DNA of 64,000 nucleotides, taken from NCBI GenBank assembly GCA_040954595.2, contig CM082596.2, positions 11,338,454 through 11,402,453 on the forward strand. The letters are read 5' to 3'. Within the stretch, counting starts at the first letter, position 1, and the number at the start of each line of letters is the position of its first letter. Position numbers and translations under genes: made by a program. Source of the stretch: Balanoglossus misakiensis (lineage: Eukaryota; Animalia; Hemichordata). The notes beneath the pieces are model-generated. The model was not told where the DNA came from, made no database searches, and was given only the letters and a program-made list of their open reading frames with translations. Below, piece by piece: positions 1 to 11,130 of this stretch.

Positions 1-361
1 GGAAATCCGTCCAAATGAAAATATTTAGTGCAATTATATTTTATTAAGTGTTGTTATAAGTAATCTGGGTCATCACTGCACTATTCGGGTACAAGTTCAA
101 CAACTGGCCGACTTCTCGTACTGGCCGACTTCTCATACGCGCGTACTGGCCGACTTCTAATCTGGCCGACTTCTCATGTATTCCTATACATTAGTGAAAA
201 TTGGGGAAACTGGTGTTTTTCAGACAACTTATGAAGTCCCTTTCGCAGTATTAACTCTAAAACAGCGGGTGATATTCCTTTTAAAATTTAACCAAATAAG
301 CATACTTGAACTCTGTCATATCGGCAAAACACTCACTACACAAGCTGCTGTTATTCTACAG

Positions 362-578
362 ACATGACATGTGCTGATTGCGGCGTAGGTAACTACTGTC
401 CAGATGGGTCAGACAGCCCCATTCCTTGTCCATCAAGTTATTATGCTGACACAGCCACAGATGTATCCTGTACCCCTTGCGATCCAGGCTGTCAGTGTGC
501 AGCAACATCACCCACTTGCCTGCACATCAAGAACCTACTCTCTGGGACCATCAACAACATGTACTCCCCTTCTACCAG
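362..578 (+). pseudogene. Cys-rich GCC2_GCC3/ephrin-receptor-like exon (last exon of the GCC block), frameshifted
   Basis: ctacag| acceptor and |gtttgt donor. Reads DMTCADCGVGNYCPDGSDSPIPCPSSYYADTATDVSCTPCDPGCQC, then continues in another frame as PLACTSRTYSLGPSTTCTP. Confidence 0.85.
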
Positions 579-609
579 GTTTGTAGTCGTCTTAGTCGTA
601 AAAACATAT

Positions 610-900
610 TTAAGGTGTTGCGCACCTCGAAATAAAGGGTCGTCTGATCATGTTTAAATTAATACTGATGATACTATGACTTCTAAACATTTAATCTATG
701 GAATAAAAATTGGGGGTCAACCATCTAGAGTTTTGAAAAAGCGCCCTTTATCTAGCACCTCTTTCAGATTTTGCCAGGCTCGTAGATTTTTGTAAAATGG
801 CCTCAAAAATAAGAATTTTGGGAGGTTTGTCATATTTTTTCACCATTGTAGAATCTAAATGTTCTGAATTATTTTATTTTTAGCAATTTTGAGATTGATT
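610..900. mobile_element. Probable end of a non-autonomous Kolobok-like DNA transposon (fragment)
   Basis: Begins TTAA-GG(tgttgcgcacctcgaaa), resembling TTAA-targeting elements. No matching second terminus found; right boundary approximate. Confidence 0.35.
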
Positions 901-1398
901 CATATTCAGTATGATAATCGCATGTCAATACAACTGTTACATTAAAGGAAAAGTTCAAATCCGCCTAAAACCACATTGCATTGGTACCTAGTTAAGTTGT
1001 CCTCACTTCTGACGCAACATTTTGATGTGCAATGCACGTGTCTGTGAAATTGACGAATAAAAAAATTGTATACCAGTGCAAAATTAAAAACTCCCTGTGC
1101 AGCCATCTTGGCAACTGCATGCTGGGAAAAGTACTCGGATGATGACGAAAAAGTTTCGGGGTTCCGTGTAGTGCTACCCCGGAATACACTGTTGGGTGCA
1201 GACTACAACTATGGAAAAGAGATGCAGAATGTCATGTGATATAGTAGTGAAAACAAATACACGTTGGTTCACGTATTTCAGCTCTCAGCAATCAGGGTGC
1301 ATTGAAAGGCCTTGATTGGTGTGATATTCACAATTGATTATTATAAATACTTACAGTTGTATACTGTTTTATTTTGTAAATATTGTGTACATTTGCAG

Positions 1399-1528
1399 CA
1401 ATGAATCCGTGCGAACACAAACCTTAACCCATGCCGGAATGCTGGTACTTGCCAAGCAATCCAGGGATCTTGTACAGGCGTCACATGTCAATGTGCTGGC
1501 TGCTACCTGGGCTTCACATGTGAAACAC
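1399..1528 (+). pseudogene. EGF-like exon 1 (8-Cys type), +1 frameshift
   Basis: ttgcag|...|gtgagt, 130 bp. MNPC/NTNLNPCRNAGTCQAIQGSCTGVTCQCAGCYLGFTCET. Confidence 0.9.
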
Positions 1529-1751
1529 GTGAGTACAGTACTTTGTCATTTATTAAAAAATCTAAGTGCTGAGGTACATTGTAGTAATAATAGCAGGTGT
1601 AGTCATTATCATCATCATCATCATCATCATCTTAAAGTCAGTCATATGATCGGTAATAAAAACAGTAAAAAACATAACAGAGAAATAATGAACGTGTACT
1701 GGTGTTACCATAGGTAAGTGTTGTATAAAATTTTGAATTCCTGTCTTCCAG

Positions 1752-1874
1752 TTCCTAATCCATGCTTCACTAGTCCTTGTCTCAATGGAGGTACCTGCCA
1801 ACAACAGGCAAATTCTTGTACTGCCACCATTGGCATGTGCACAGAGTGTTACTAGGGAACCAGGTGTGAGACAA
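1752..1874 (+). pseudogene. EGF-like exon 2, in-frame TAG
   Basis: ttccag|...|gtaagt, 123 bp. PNPCFTSPCLNGGTCQQQANSCTATIGMCTECY*GTRCET. Confidence 0.92.
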
Positions 1875-1966
1875 GTAAGTTTGAATCTATAGCAGTTAAT
1901 AATGATAATTATCATTTTTTTATTATGATTTAAACTTCACTGATGTTGTACAAACACAAAAATAGA

Positions 1967-2437
1967 AATAATAATAATAATAATAATAATAATAATTTAT
2001 TTGTATAGCGTCAGTATCCACAAAAAATGTGATCAATGATGCTTAAAGCAAAAGTACAATACAACAAATGGCTAAAAAACAGATTTAAAAAGTAAAGTTT
2101 TAACATTTGATTTAAAAACAGATAAGTCTGGTGCCTGGCGAATGGTGAGTGGAAGATTATTCCAAAGAATTGGAGCAGCAACAGTAAAAGCACGATCACC
2201 ATAACTCTTGGTGCGTGATCGAACAGGGCAGAGTTTGAACTGATCAGCTGACCTTAAATTGCGACACGGAACATATAGATTAGTCATGCTAGAAAGATAG
2301 ATTGGACCAAGTTTATGAATGGATTTAAAAATGAGAACTAACATCTTAAAAACAATACGCTCTGTAACAGGTAGCCAGTGCAACTGATACAAAATTGGAG
2401 TGATGTGACAGGTGATTTTTGAACGAGTAACAATTAG
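1967..2437 (-). mobile_element. 5'-truncated CR1/L2-type LINE 3' end with (TTA)n tail
   Basis: ORF2 C-terminal motifs LHWLPV..RIxFK and YGDRAF..AAP.LWN.LP; short 3' UTR followed by (taa)n on the + strand. Confidence 0.92.
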
Positions 2438-2664
2438 AAAGGGATAGCAGCTTAGCTCTATTCCGTTTCCAAAGTGTTTGTTCTTTTAAACTACCTGTGC
2501 ATTTTTTTTATTTATTCTGCTTATGCTAATATGCTAATTTGTTGGTTTGTCACATCACAATTTTTGTAGGAAACTCACCCCTGGGAATTTTTTTCAGTCA
2601 CTTACATACATTCATAATCACATGACATTGATGATCATGGAAAATTTGACCCTTTTCCTTGTAG

Positions 2665-2776
2665 GACTCAACCAGTGTCCACCAAATCCGTGCCATCTGT
2701 CAACCGGCTCGAAATTCCTGCTTTGATCTCACCTGCATATGTACTGGTTGCTACAAAGGTGATAGGTGTGAGATAT
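2665..2776 (+). pseudogene. EGF-like exon 3, 11-bp deletion
   Basis: ttgtag|...|gtaagt, 112 bp. LNQCPPNPC/ICQPARNSCFDLTCICTGCYKGDRCEI; the xNGG segment is missing. Confidence 0.9.
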
Positions 2777-3942
2777 GTAAGTATACAGCGCAGTCTCTTT
2801 TACCTTTTGTCTCTGATGCATTCAAATACTGCATGTTTCCTGAGCATAGGTGTAGCCATCACCACAGCAGAGCTTGGAGAGTTCTTGACATCGAATGCAA
2901 GATTACACTCTTCCCAATCAAAATCACTTTCGTAGCGCATAATGTCTTGATTGTCTTAGTTCAAGAAACATTATGCGCGACTGGCCAATTTTACTGCCTT
3001 TTGTCAACGCACATCCACTATGGAAATTCTCACTCCAGGCCAGATAGTGTAAATTTGCATATGAGTCTACAGGTATGCTTGAAGTCAAGTCAAGCATTTG
3101 CAAGGAACCCTCCTCCAGTACACAGGTCTTTGATTTCATGAAGGGAAGCCCTTGCCTCACAGTCACTGCCACATGATCTATGGAGGTGTGAACAACTTGA
3201 TACCAGCCTAATATAAGTTGTAGGCACAATCACTCCACACACCCTTGCCATAATTCTGCACAGCCTTGTGAAACACCCGGACTGTTAGACAAAAGATGCT
3301 TGTTTTGGACGCTGTCAGACTCAGAGGTGCCAAATTCCTGTTTAACTTGTCCAGATGTGTTCCATTAATGATCGCTGCGTTCAACCACGTTGCACTTTTC
3401 TCGTCTTCTGCGAGATGTTCTAAGGTGTTTGTGACAACTTCACGCAAAACGCGAGACTTTGCGTTAGTTTATACACAGTTTATTTGCAAATTGGATTATT
3501 GGGATTTACCTGGAAATAATGTATGCAAAAGAACATCATTTCAAGAAAAAACTGGAGTTGCGCGTCCTTCTTTCTCTAGTGTCCATGGTCAAACAAGTGA
3601 GTATATACTTTCAAGACACCCTGCAAACAAACAAGCAATCTTCATTCCGTAGATCTTTAAGCATATTTATGCATTGTAAATTTTGATGTGAAACTTCAAA
3701 TTTTATTGGTTTTGTTGCCAAACTTCTGAAGAAATGAGGATATTGTTTGGAAGGGTATTTTATCAGTAGATAACAAATACCATGGCCCTCCATGCAAATA
3801 CCCACATGGTAAATTAAAACTGTTGCAGGTGTATTTGATTTCCACATATGGATTACATGTGGGATAATATTGGGTGCTGGCAGTTTCAGTAAATGAACTG
3901 CTCTATTGCTGAGATAACAATAGGTTGCACTTTTTATTGCAG

Positions 3943-4065
3943 TCCAAGATCCATGCCAGCGAAACAGCTGTCTCAACGGGGCTGTATGTAATGCAGTGGC
4001 CAACTCCTGCACGGCATATACCTGTGCCTGTACTGGTTGCTATGAGGGTAACCGTTGTGAAATAT
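3943..4065 (+). pseudogene. EGF-like exon 4 (open frame)
   Basis: ttgcag|...|gtaagt, 123 bp. QDPCQRNSCLNGAVCNAVANSCTAYTCACTGCYEGNRCEI. Confidence 0.93.
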
Positions 4066-4904
4066 GTAAGTTTCTGACGTACCGTAAATGACAATCTTTT
4101 GGGCACTTTCTCTTCACAGCAATTGAATTGTGTGGTAACTTCTCATTTCTAAAATTTCCCCAAGAGAAAAGAAAGGAAAAGAAAACAGAAATTTCATTTG
4201 TATGTCTGTGCAATTTAGGATAGGCACGAACTTGTGAGGAAGTGTACGAAGCTGGATGTTTTCATCACTCAAATATACAAGAGTTGCCTCTTGAAGACTA
4301 GTGTCTGTAGAGATAATTGTGCATGTGAGGTAATCTCTCCTAAGGTGGTGCACACATCTGAGTATTAAGTAAAAGAGACGTCCTTAATTATCCTTACTGT
4401 TTGGCTTGAAAAATCAATCTTTAATACTAGGTGTTCTGATTAGAGAGGTGTCCATGAGGTGACTACACCTGTTACTGCCAGTAGTGTTGGACTGGGGCCA
4501 TCTGTGCCGTAGGTGTGTCGAATTACTGTTTTATGACACAGCGTGGTATATAAACCCTCATTTTTGGTATTCTCAATGTGATAGATGGACCCATACACCA
4601 ATAAATGGGGTGGAAGCATTACAAAGTTTCATCCTTTCAAAATTTGCTGATGTAGGGTCAAAATTGAGTGTGAGGTGCACGTTAAAAAGGAAAGCCTTCT
4701 GTATCATGTTGATGGCACATTTTTTAATTTTTCAAGATTCTTACAGAAAAATCCTAGCAGCATTATGTTATTTTAAATGTACAGGTTTGAAACAAGGAAT
4801 GAAGACATTGCTCACATATATAATTTAAACAAAATGAACATCACAAGTACATGTACAAGTTTTTGACAAGCAGGTCATTGATACTTTCATTTTTGTTTTG
4901 GCAG

Positions 4905-5026
4905 CCATTGATCAGTTATACTCTATGCCTTGTCAAAATGTGGTGGCACATGCGTTGCGTGAGACGGCTGTTTCCTGTTTGACTGTATGTGTACCGAATG
5001 CTTCACTGGTGCCACATATACAATGC
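4905..5026 (+). pseudogene. EGF-like exon 5, frameshift and stop
   Basis: tggcag|...|gtaagt, 122 bp. IDQLYSMPCQN/GGTCVA*DGCFLFDCMCTECFTGAT(Y)TM; the last Cys codon is tat here but tgt in copies 2 and 3. Confidence 0.88.
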
Positions 5027-5321
5027 GTAAGTACAAACCAATATTATTTTATTCAATGCAAAACACTTGTTATGTATTATATAATATAAATACGGTACAC
5101 GTATTAAAGCCCTGGTAACTCAAACTTTGGGCTAGCTTAATGTTATCACTATTTTTGTTTTCGGTTGCAACTGTGGTTTCTTGTCACACTCTAAAGGATT
5201 TGACAGCATTTGGTTTTTCAAAACAGCCCTTTGGTTGTTGTCATGTATACATGTACATGACTGTGGAGTGTAGTTTGTAGATTCTGTAATTTTGACAATA
5301 TCTTGACTGCACATCCCACAG

Positions 5322-5444
5322 CTGTCAACCAGTGTCAACCCATCCAGTGTCGGAATGGTGGAAACTGTGTGCTGACGCCCAATTGGTGTACTGAATTCAC
5401 ATGCTCCTGTACAAGCTGTTACTCCGGCGATTTATGTCAGACAT
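5322..5444 (+). pseudogene. EGF-like exon 6 (open frame)
   Basis: ccacag|...|gtgagt, 123 bp. VNQCQPIQCRNGGNCVLTPNWCTEFTCSCTSCYSGDLCQT. Confidence 0.93.
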
Positions 5445-5639
5445 GTGAGTGATTTTAAATTTCAGATGAAGAGGAACATAATAACATAACACATAATCGG
5501 CTTGCAGTTGGTTTCTTCCAACCTGTATCAAACAGTGAATAACGACACAATTTTGGGGAAATTTATTAAGAATGTGTGTGCCATAAAATGGGATTGTGTA
5601 TTTGACCAAACAACAACCTGCACCGTATGGTACACTAAG

Positions 5640-6406
5640 CAGGGTTTTCGCTAAGCGCCGGCCACCGGCCAATTGGCCGGGTACTTGCACTGAACTGGCC
5701 GTCTACTTTTCCTTAACCCATTAGGGTTATTTTTATTTTTATACTCTTTCACGCTCATAAATAAGGGTTCGTACGCTCCTGGAAACTCCTGGAATTTGAA
5801 ACCCCTCCTGGAAACTCCTGAAATCTCCTGGAAATTCAAAATTTCTCCTGGAAACTCCTGGAAAACCGCGAGTCACGATCGCATTTCACCGGATCGTGAA
5901 ACAGTACGCGTTGCCCATTTCACTCGGCGCACCAGTTATTTTTAGGCAGGCGTCCTATAAATAGTATCATTGACGTAGTAACGCACAAATTGCAACAACT
6001 AACGCAGCTCAGCGTTCCGGTCGCAACAAAATATCTAAAACTTGACAAAAGATGTAGCAACTTTTGTTAGAGGTCATGCCATGTGTCCGCGCGTCTGCAG
6101 AATACTTGTACAGACGGCCGCGGCAGACACCCGTGAGATCGATGTTCAGGGCAATTAGTGATGTCAAAAAGAAGCAAAAAAGGCAGGCGTTTTTTTTTTT
6201 TTCAGCAGAACAGTAATTTCCATCAGTAATTTGTCGATTTTATCAGGACAGAAATCATTGCTTTAGGGACCGTTCAGTTTTTACGGTGGGGGGGGGGGGG
6301 TGTCAACATGATTGGGGGTCAAAGGTCAACATGTCCCCGGCCCCGCATAATTGGCCCCCTACTTTGCCAATATGGCCCTCTACTTCAAATTTTAGCGAAA
6401 CCCCTG
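5640..6406. mobile_element. 767-bp MITE specific to copy 1, 15-bp TIRs, 7-bp TSD
   Basis: Ends CAGGGTTTTCGCTAA ... TTAGCGAAACCCCTG (14/15 inverted match), flanked by cactaag on both sides. Copies 2 and 3 show the empty site gtacactaagacac. Confidence 0.96.
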
Positions 6407-6602
6407 CACTAAGACACTATTACACCTGTGTCAAAATTTCATTACTTTTCTTTTGTTGAACATGGAAGAAATTTGTCACAGTGATGTTCTGTTGACCAAC
6501 TGAGATTTTTACCACTCAACCCTGACTGCACAAATCTGTTTAAAGTATATGTAGTAAATATTAACTGTACACAATTTATATCACTTTCTCTTCTGTGCAC
6601 AG

Positions 6603-6720
6603 ATTTGAATCCGTGTCAGCCCAACCCTTGTCTAAACAGTGGATTCTGCCAGCAAGTGTCCTGCACCGAGTTCAGATGCCAGAGTCCGCGCTGTTTTGAT
6701 CGGAACCACGTGCGCTGAAC
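6603..6720 (+). pseudogene. EGF-like exon 7, +1 frameshift
   Basis: gcacag|...|gtaagc, 118 bp. LNPCQPNPCLNSGFCQQVSCTEFRCQSPRCF/IGTTCAE. Confidence 0.9.
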
Positions 6721-7164
6721 GTAAGCAAACCAGTGTCAGATTTCCCGCACAAAGTAGAAATCGCTGGGCTTTGTCATTGATATTGTCTCAATAAAGTTGC
6801 CTGTGATAGTGCAGCTAACCAAGAGACTTATATGCACTACCGTAGCCATGATGAATATTTTCATTGACTCAAATGCTCATCAGTGTGTTGCTATTTTTCC
6901 AACCGTAAATTGAAACATCAGAAAGTTATGACATCAACTACCCCCACCCCCACCCCACCCCACCCCCAACTAGTAAATATTATAAGATGCTGTAATTATG
7001 ATATAGATGGTAGCACCAAGCTTGGATCAAGTGGTCTTCATTATCCTTCACACATGAACATGATCACACGGATGTGCAATCTTCTGACAGTCTGCTACAG
7101 ATTTCACTTCCCACTCAAGTGTGTAAGACCCTAATGTGATACTTTTCATTTCTCTCACCCTTAG

Positions 7165-7287
7165 CGATCAACCAGTGTCTTCTAAACCCATGTCTGAATA
7201 ACGGAGTGTATCAGCCACTTCAAGGCTCCTGCTCAATCTACACCTGCAACTGTCCAACCTGCTACACTGGGCAAACATGTGTTACAT
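7165..7287 (+). pseudogene. EGF-like exon 8 (open frame, third Cys changed to Tyr)
   Basis: ccttag|...|gtaagt, 123 bp. INQCLLNPCLNNGVYQPLQGSCSIYTCNCPTCYTGQTCVT. Confidence 0.92.
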
Positions 7288-7299
7288 GTAAGTCACAAG

Positions 7300-8210
7300 T
7301 TTTTAGGTCCCATTGGTATGTACCATGGTACCTTATGGGATTGGTTACGTCTGTATGTATGGATGGATGGATGGATGTTTGTTCAAATGAAGATGTCATT
7401 GCCAAAAATATGCAAATTAGCTGGGAAAATGTGAAATTGGTCAAAACTCAAAAACTGGACAACCACTGGTCATATTGATTTGAAAATTGGTATGCATTAA
7501 CCTTATATCAACCTCATACAATCCTGTATGTTTTGAGCTAATATTATCGATTTCCTATTTTTTATGCATTTTTTTGTATTTTTCCATGTTATTGGTAAAA
7601 AGTCTTTGAAATTTAGTATGAAGCTTCCTAATGGTTGTCTAAGTAACCATAGTTTTATTCAAATTGTTGCAAAATTTGCATATCTATAATTTTGAGTAAT
7701 AGTTGCCATTTTTGGTCAAAAAATGTTTTTCTTTAAAACCTCATGCCAGATTGCTTTGCAATTTGGTAGGCATATTCGTAGGGGTAACCTAAATAATTTG
7801 TTGTAAAAAAATGTGATATTTGCATAAATGTGTTATCGGGGAAACTTTTGCAATTTTTGTCAAAAATTGTTTTCTCTGAAACCGCTTGTCCTATTGCATT
7901 GAACTTTGGCAGCATGTTCCTTGTAGTGATTGAAGTAAGATATTGTACAATTTTGGTGATATTTGCATATTTGTGTTTTTGCCACATTTGAACAAATATT
8001 TTCTGTGAAACTGCTTGTTGGATTGCTTTGAAATTAGTTTTTTCTCTGATTGCTTTGAAATTTAGGATATAATTTCATAACACATACCTGTATATGTGCA
8101 ACTTTTATTCAATTCTGAGATCAGAAAGATTAAATATTTAGCGAGTTTTTTTGGTAAGTTTCTTTGTTTTTGGTTAGCAAATCTTCTCCTAAACAAATTG
8201 TCCAGTTATT
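7300..8210 (+). mobile_element. Helentron-associated/DINE-1-like non-autonomous element (3' boundary approximate)
   Basis: T-run, then taggtcccat with a nearby imperfect inverted copy atggtacctt, an (ATGG)n microsatellite, and degenerate internal repeats (ttgctttgaaattt.., atatttgcata). Confidence 0.55.
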
Positions 8211-9127
8211 TCTAAAGTTACTATTTACAAGGAGTTGTTACCTCAAACAAAGACATGTTTACATAACTTAAATAGGCCAGCTGTTACAGAGACCACCAGC
8301 TATCAAATTTTAATTACCAGTGGCAGGTCAGTGTGTGTCTGTTCCAGGACTGACTGAAAGAAGTTGCTTCGCATGTGTATTTGTACAGACAATTTTTGGT
8401 CAATTTTTTTTCTAGCACCACTTGTAAGACTGCCAGGACACATGACAGTTTATTGGGCATGTTCCTTGTTAATGTTTTTACATTCCATATTTCTACATGG
8501 TCAGATCATATCTGCTTGCAAATGTCACCTGTAATTTTTATTCTGGTGTGTCACTGTTTCCGCATAATCCTCAAATGTCATCAGATATCCGAATGTGATG
8601 AAAACAGTGTGTTTTGAGTGTTTTTTAAATGACCTTTTGGGTTAAAAGTGGCAAAAATGGCAATTTTGTCTTGAAAGGGGTCAATAAGACTGACTTTTTT
8701 TGGAATTAGCACCATATTTTACATTGAATGGACTAGTCTAGGACTTTCCTTACCAAAAATTCTGTTTAATCTTCTGTAACATGTATACTAGTATACATGT
8801 AGCTGCCTGATAGTTTGCCCTGTGTGTGTAATTGCTGAGTGACATAACGCATTCTGTGATTGGTGCAGTCACGTAACCACCAATCAGATCGCTTGTTGTA
8901 AGGAGAACTGCACGACCTTTAACCGCATTAGCATACCTGATTTTTAGGGCTCGATATTACCTCTGAGGACGCAATATTTAAGTTGAAGTTTTTTTTCTTT
9001 TATCATATTAGAGCAAGAAGACTTGTTTTTTATGTAAAAGAAATAGACCCTAATATACAGAGTGCATTTTGAAACGATAGGCAGGTCCGGCCCATAGCCT
9101 AATTCTTCATTTTTCTGTCATGCGTAG

Positions 9128-9243
9128 GAATTGATCAGTGCTAACAACCCATGTCAAAATGGCAGCACTTGCCAACCCTAACCTCGTGTGTGGCATTGAC
9201 GTGCACCTGCCAAGGATGCTATACTGGGAGCGCTGTGAAAATT
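9128..9243 (+). pseudogene. EGF-like exon 9, several frameshifts
   Basis: gcgtag|...|gtcagt, 116 bp. IDQC/NNPCQNGSTCQP/TSCVALTCTCQGCYTG/ERCEN. Confidence 0.87.
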
Positions 9244-9744
9244 GTCAGTCAGTTTCTTTTGTCAAATTAATCAATATGTGTGGGACTGTTATACATGTAT
9301 ATAAAACAGAATACTGTGATGGAAAATTCTATAACTTAATGTTTCAGTGGATATATGACTTAAAGTTAGCAGGATGCAGTGAATTCAACAGAAAGTGTAA
9401 TTTCCTCTTGTGTGAGCTCTGTGCGACTGTGCCAATGAAAATCTCACCACAAACAAAAATGACAGGTATACACTGTATATTAGCAGCTTTGTCTCTGTAA
9501 TAGCCATAGTGTTTTGAAGTTGAAAACTTGCAAAGTGTGCAGTTTTATTCACACTACAAAGGAAACATTGTTGAAACGGATTATCTGTGTACATTGTCAA
9601 ACTGTACACTTGTCGTGAGATTTATTCTCAATTATATTATATCATGCTACCTTCCGCAATTCTGATTGGACGAGAGCTAAATCCAGCGATGCTAAAATAC
9701 TCAATAATGCACTGCTGGCAGTGGTAAAACGGGCTTTCTGTTTG

Positions 9745-10929
9745 CCACATGGGTTTGTTCTTTAGGTTGTTGTATGTGTTTACACTCAGCATGTTTATTG
9801 TAGAACCAGGGTCGATCAGTGAGGCAACTGCTGTTTGTTCTATTTGCACTGTTACTCGAGGCCTCCTGCCATTTGATTGTTGTGCAGTGAAGCAGTATTC
9901 ATCTCCCGAGCTGTCTTCCACTTTATGCACAGCTTTGACAGTTTCATCCTTGTCTACCCTATTTGCCTTGCCTTTTGATCGGCAGCATTTGGCAAAATGG
10001 TTATGTTTGCCACACTTCCTGCATGACTTGCCTTTAGCTGGACATACTGAGTCATGTGGATAGGTGCCACCACAATAATAACAAGTGGACGGTCCTTTCG
10101 CTGGCTGCTGATGAGCTCTCTTTTGTTTATTTGGTTTCGGGCGTTGGTGGCGCTGTTTTCTGACCGCATTCACTGATGCCGTATCTGCACCATTATTTTG
10201 GGTTTTCTCCTCAATCCCACTAGCCTGAACCTCTGATACCTCAAATGAATGGCTGTACTCAGTATATTCTCTAGTGTCGTCTCCTCCCGAAGAGCACGAC
10301 GTCTGAGACGGGCTGATGTGAATCCTCGTATGATTTGTGATTTGACCTCTTGATCCTTTTTGGTGAAGTCACATATGTTTCTGCTAGGCGTTGCAAACAA
10401 GTGTGATAGGCATCAATCGATTCGCCGTTGTTTTGTATGGTGTCTCTGAAGATGAATCGTTCGTATTCAATGTTCCGTTTGGGTGAGAAGTACGACGTAA
10501 GCTTTAATTTGGCTGTTTCACAGCTCGTTCCTGTATCTGGTAGAGTATCAAAGAAGTCGGAAACTTCCTCACCTGCCCAGTGCAATAGCAGTGCACGTTG
10601 TGGCTTGTCATCTGTAATGTTGAATGCGACAAATGCGTTTTCTACTCTAGCCATGTACTTTTTCCATCTCGTACTGGTGGTTGTCGGGTCTGAATGAACA
10701 GGAAAACTCGGCATTGATGGCTAGCTGATTCTCCATGTTCTCCGTCCTCGTCGCCAAATATAGAATCGTGGGTGGGCAATAATGACAACACGAGACACCA
10801 AGTCCGGCATGTAAGAGTGAGAGTGCCTAGCCACGTTCACGCACTTTATTCATAATGACCCGAATGTTGCATTACGTCATTTTACAGAATGTATAAAGTA
10901 TAGATGCTCACTAGTGTTTGGACACTACA
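9745..10929 (-). mobile_element. Ty3/Gypsy (Mag-like) LTR retrotransposon relic: 5' LTR, PBS, frameshifted gag and protease N-terminus
   Basis: Gag motifs RWKKY..ENAF, RALLLH.AG, YFSPKRN.EYER..F; zinc knuckles CYYCGG..H...C and CRKCGKHNHFAKCC; degenerate protease site LIDPGS; ~170-bp LTR starting TGTAGTG at 10929 and containing AATAAA. Confidence 0.92.
10742..10756 (-). promoter_or_regulatory. Primer-binding site complementary to the 3' end of tRNA-Ser(GCU)
   Basis: The minus strand reads TGGCGACGAGGACGG immediately after the LTR; metazoan tRNA-Ser(GCU) ends ...CCATCCTCGTCGCCA. Confidence 0.85.
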
Positions 10930-11130
10930 ATATACATGTGACTGCAGTGTCTTTCCAATCATGAATTTGCAAGGTGTCCTTCGGAGAAAATCTTCTGATT
11001 CTCTTTTCTGATTTGCTTTGCATATTTAACTTAATGATCTAATGTGTTGGAATTCCCTGTCTCAAATTTTTGATGATCAGTCTCTGCCCCATTGCTCATC
11101 GTCCCAACTTTCTTGTGTATTGAAAACCAG

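Noticed and set aside
105-176. Four tggccgacttct repeats resembling a mini-CRISPR or operator array
   Set aside because: Spacers are only a few bases, no cas genes are present, and inverted counterparts at 19128-19182 show they are subterminal repeats of a DNA transposon.
1805-1860. In-frame stops (TAG in EGF2, TGA in EGF5) as readthrough or selenocysteine
   Set aside because: The stop types are mixed, they are not at Cys positions, and neighbouring exons have frameshifts; ordinary decay explains them.
1334-1915. ORFs with poly-His / poly-Met tracts
   Set aside because: They come from an intronic (CAT)n microsatellite and run across splice sites in the wrong frame.
6939-6968. (ACCCCC)n tract with G-quadruplex potential on the minus strand
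   Set aside because: A short intronic simple repeat with no evidence of function, and not at a breakpoint.
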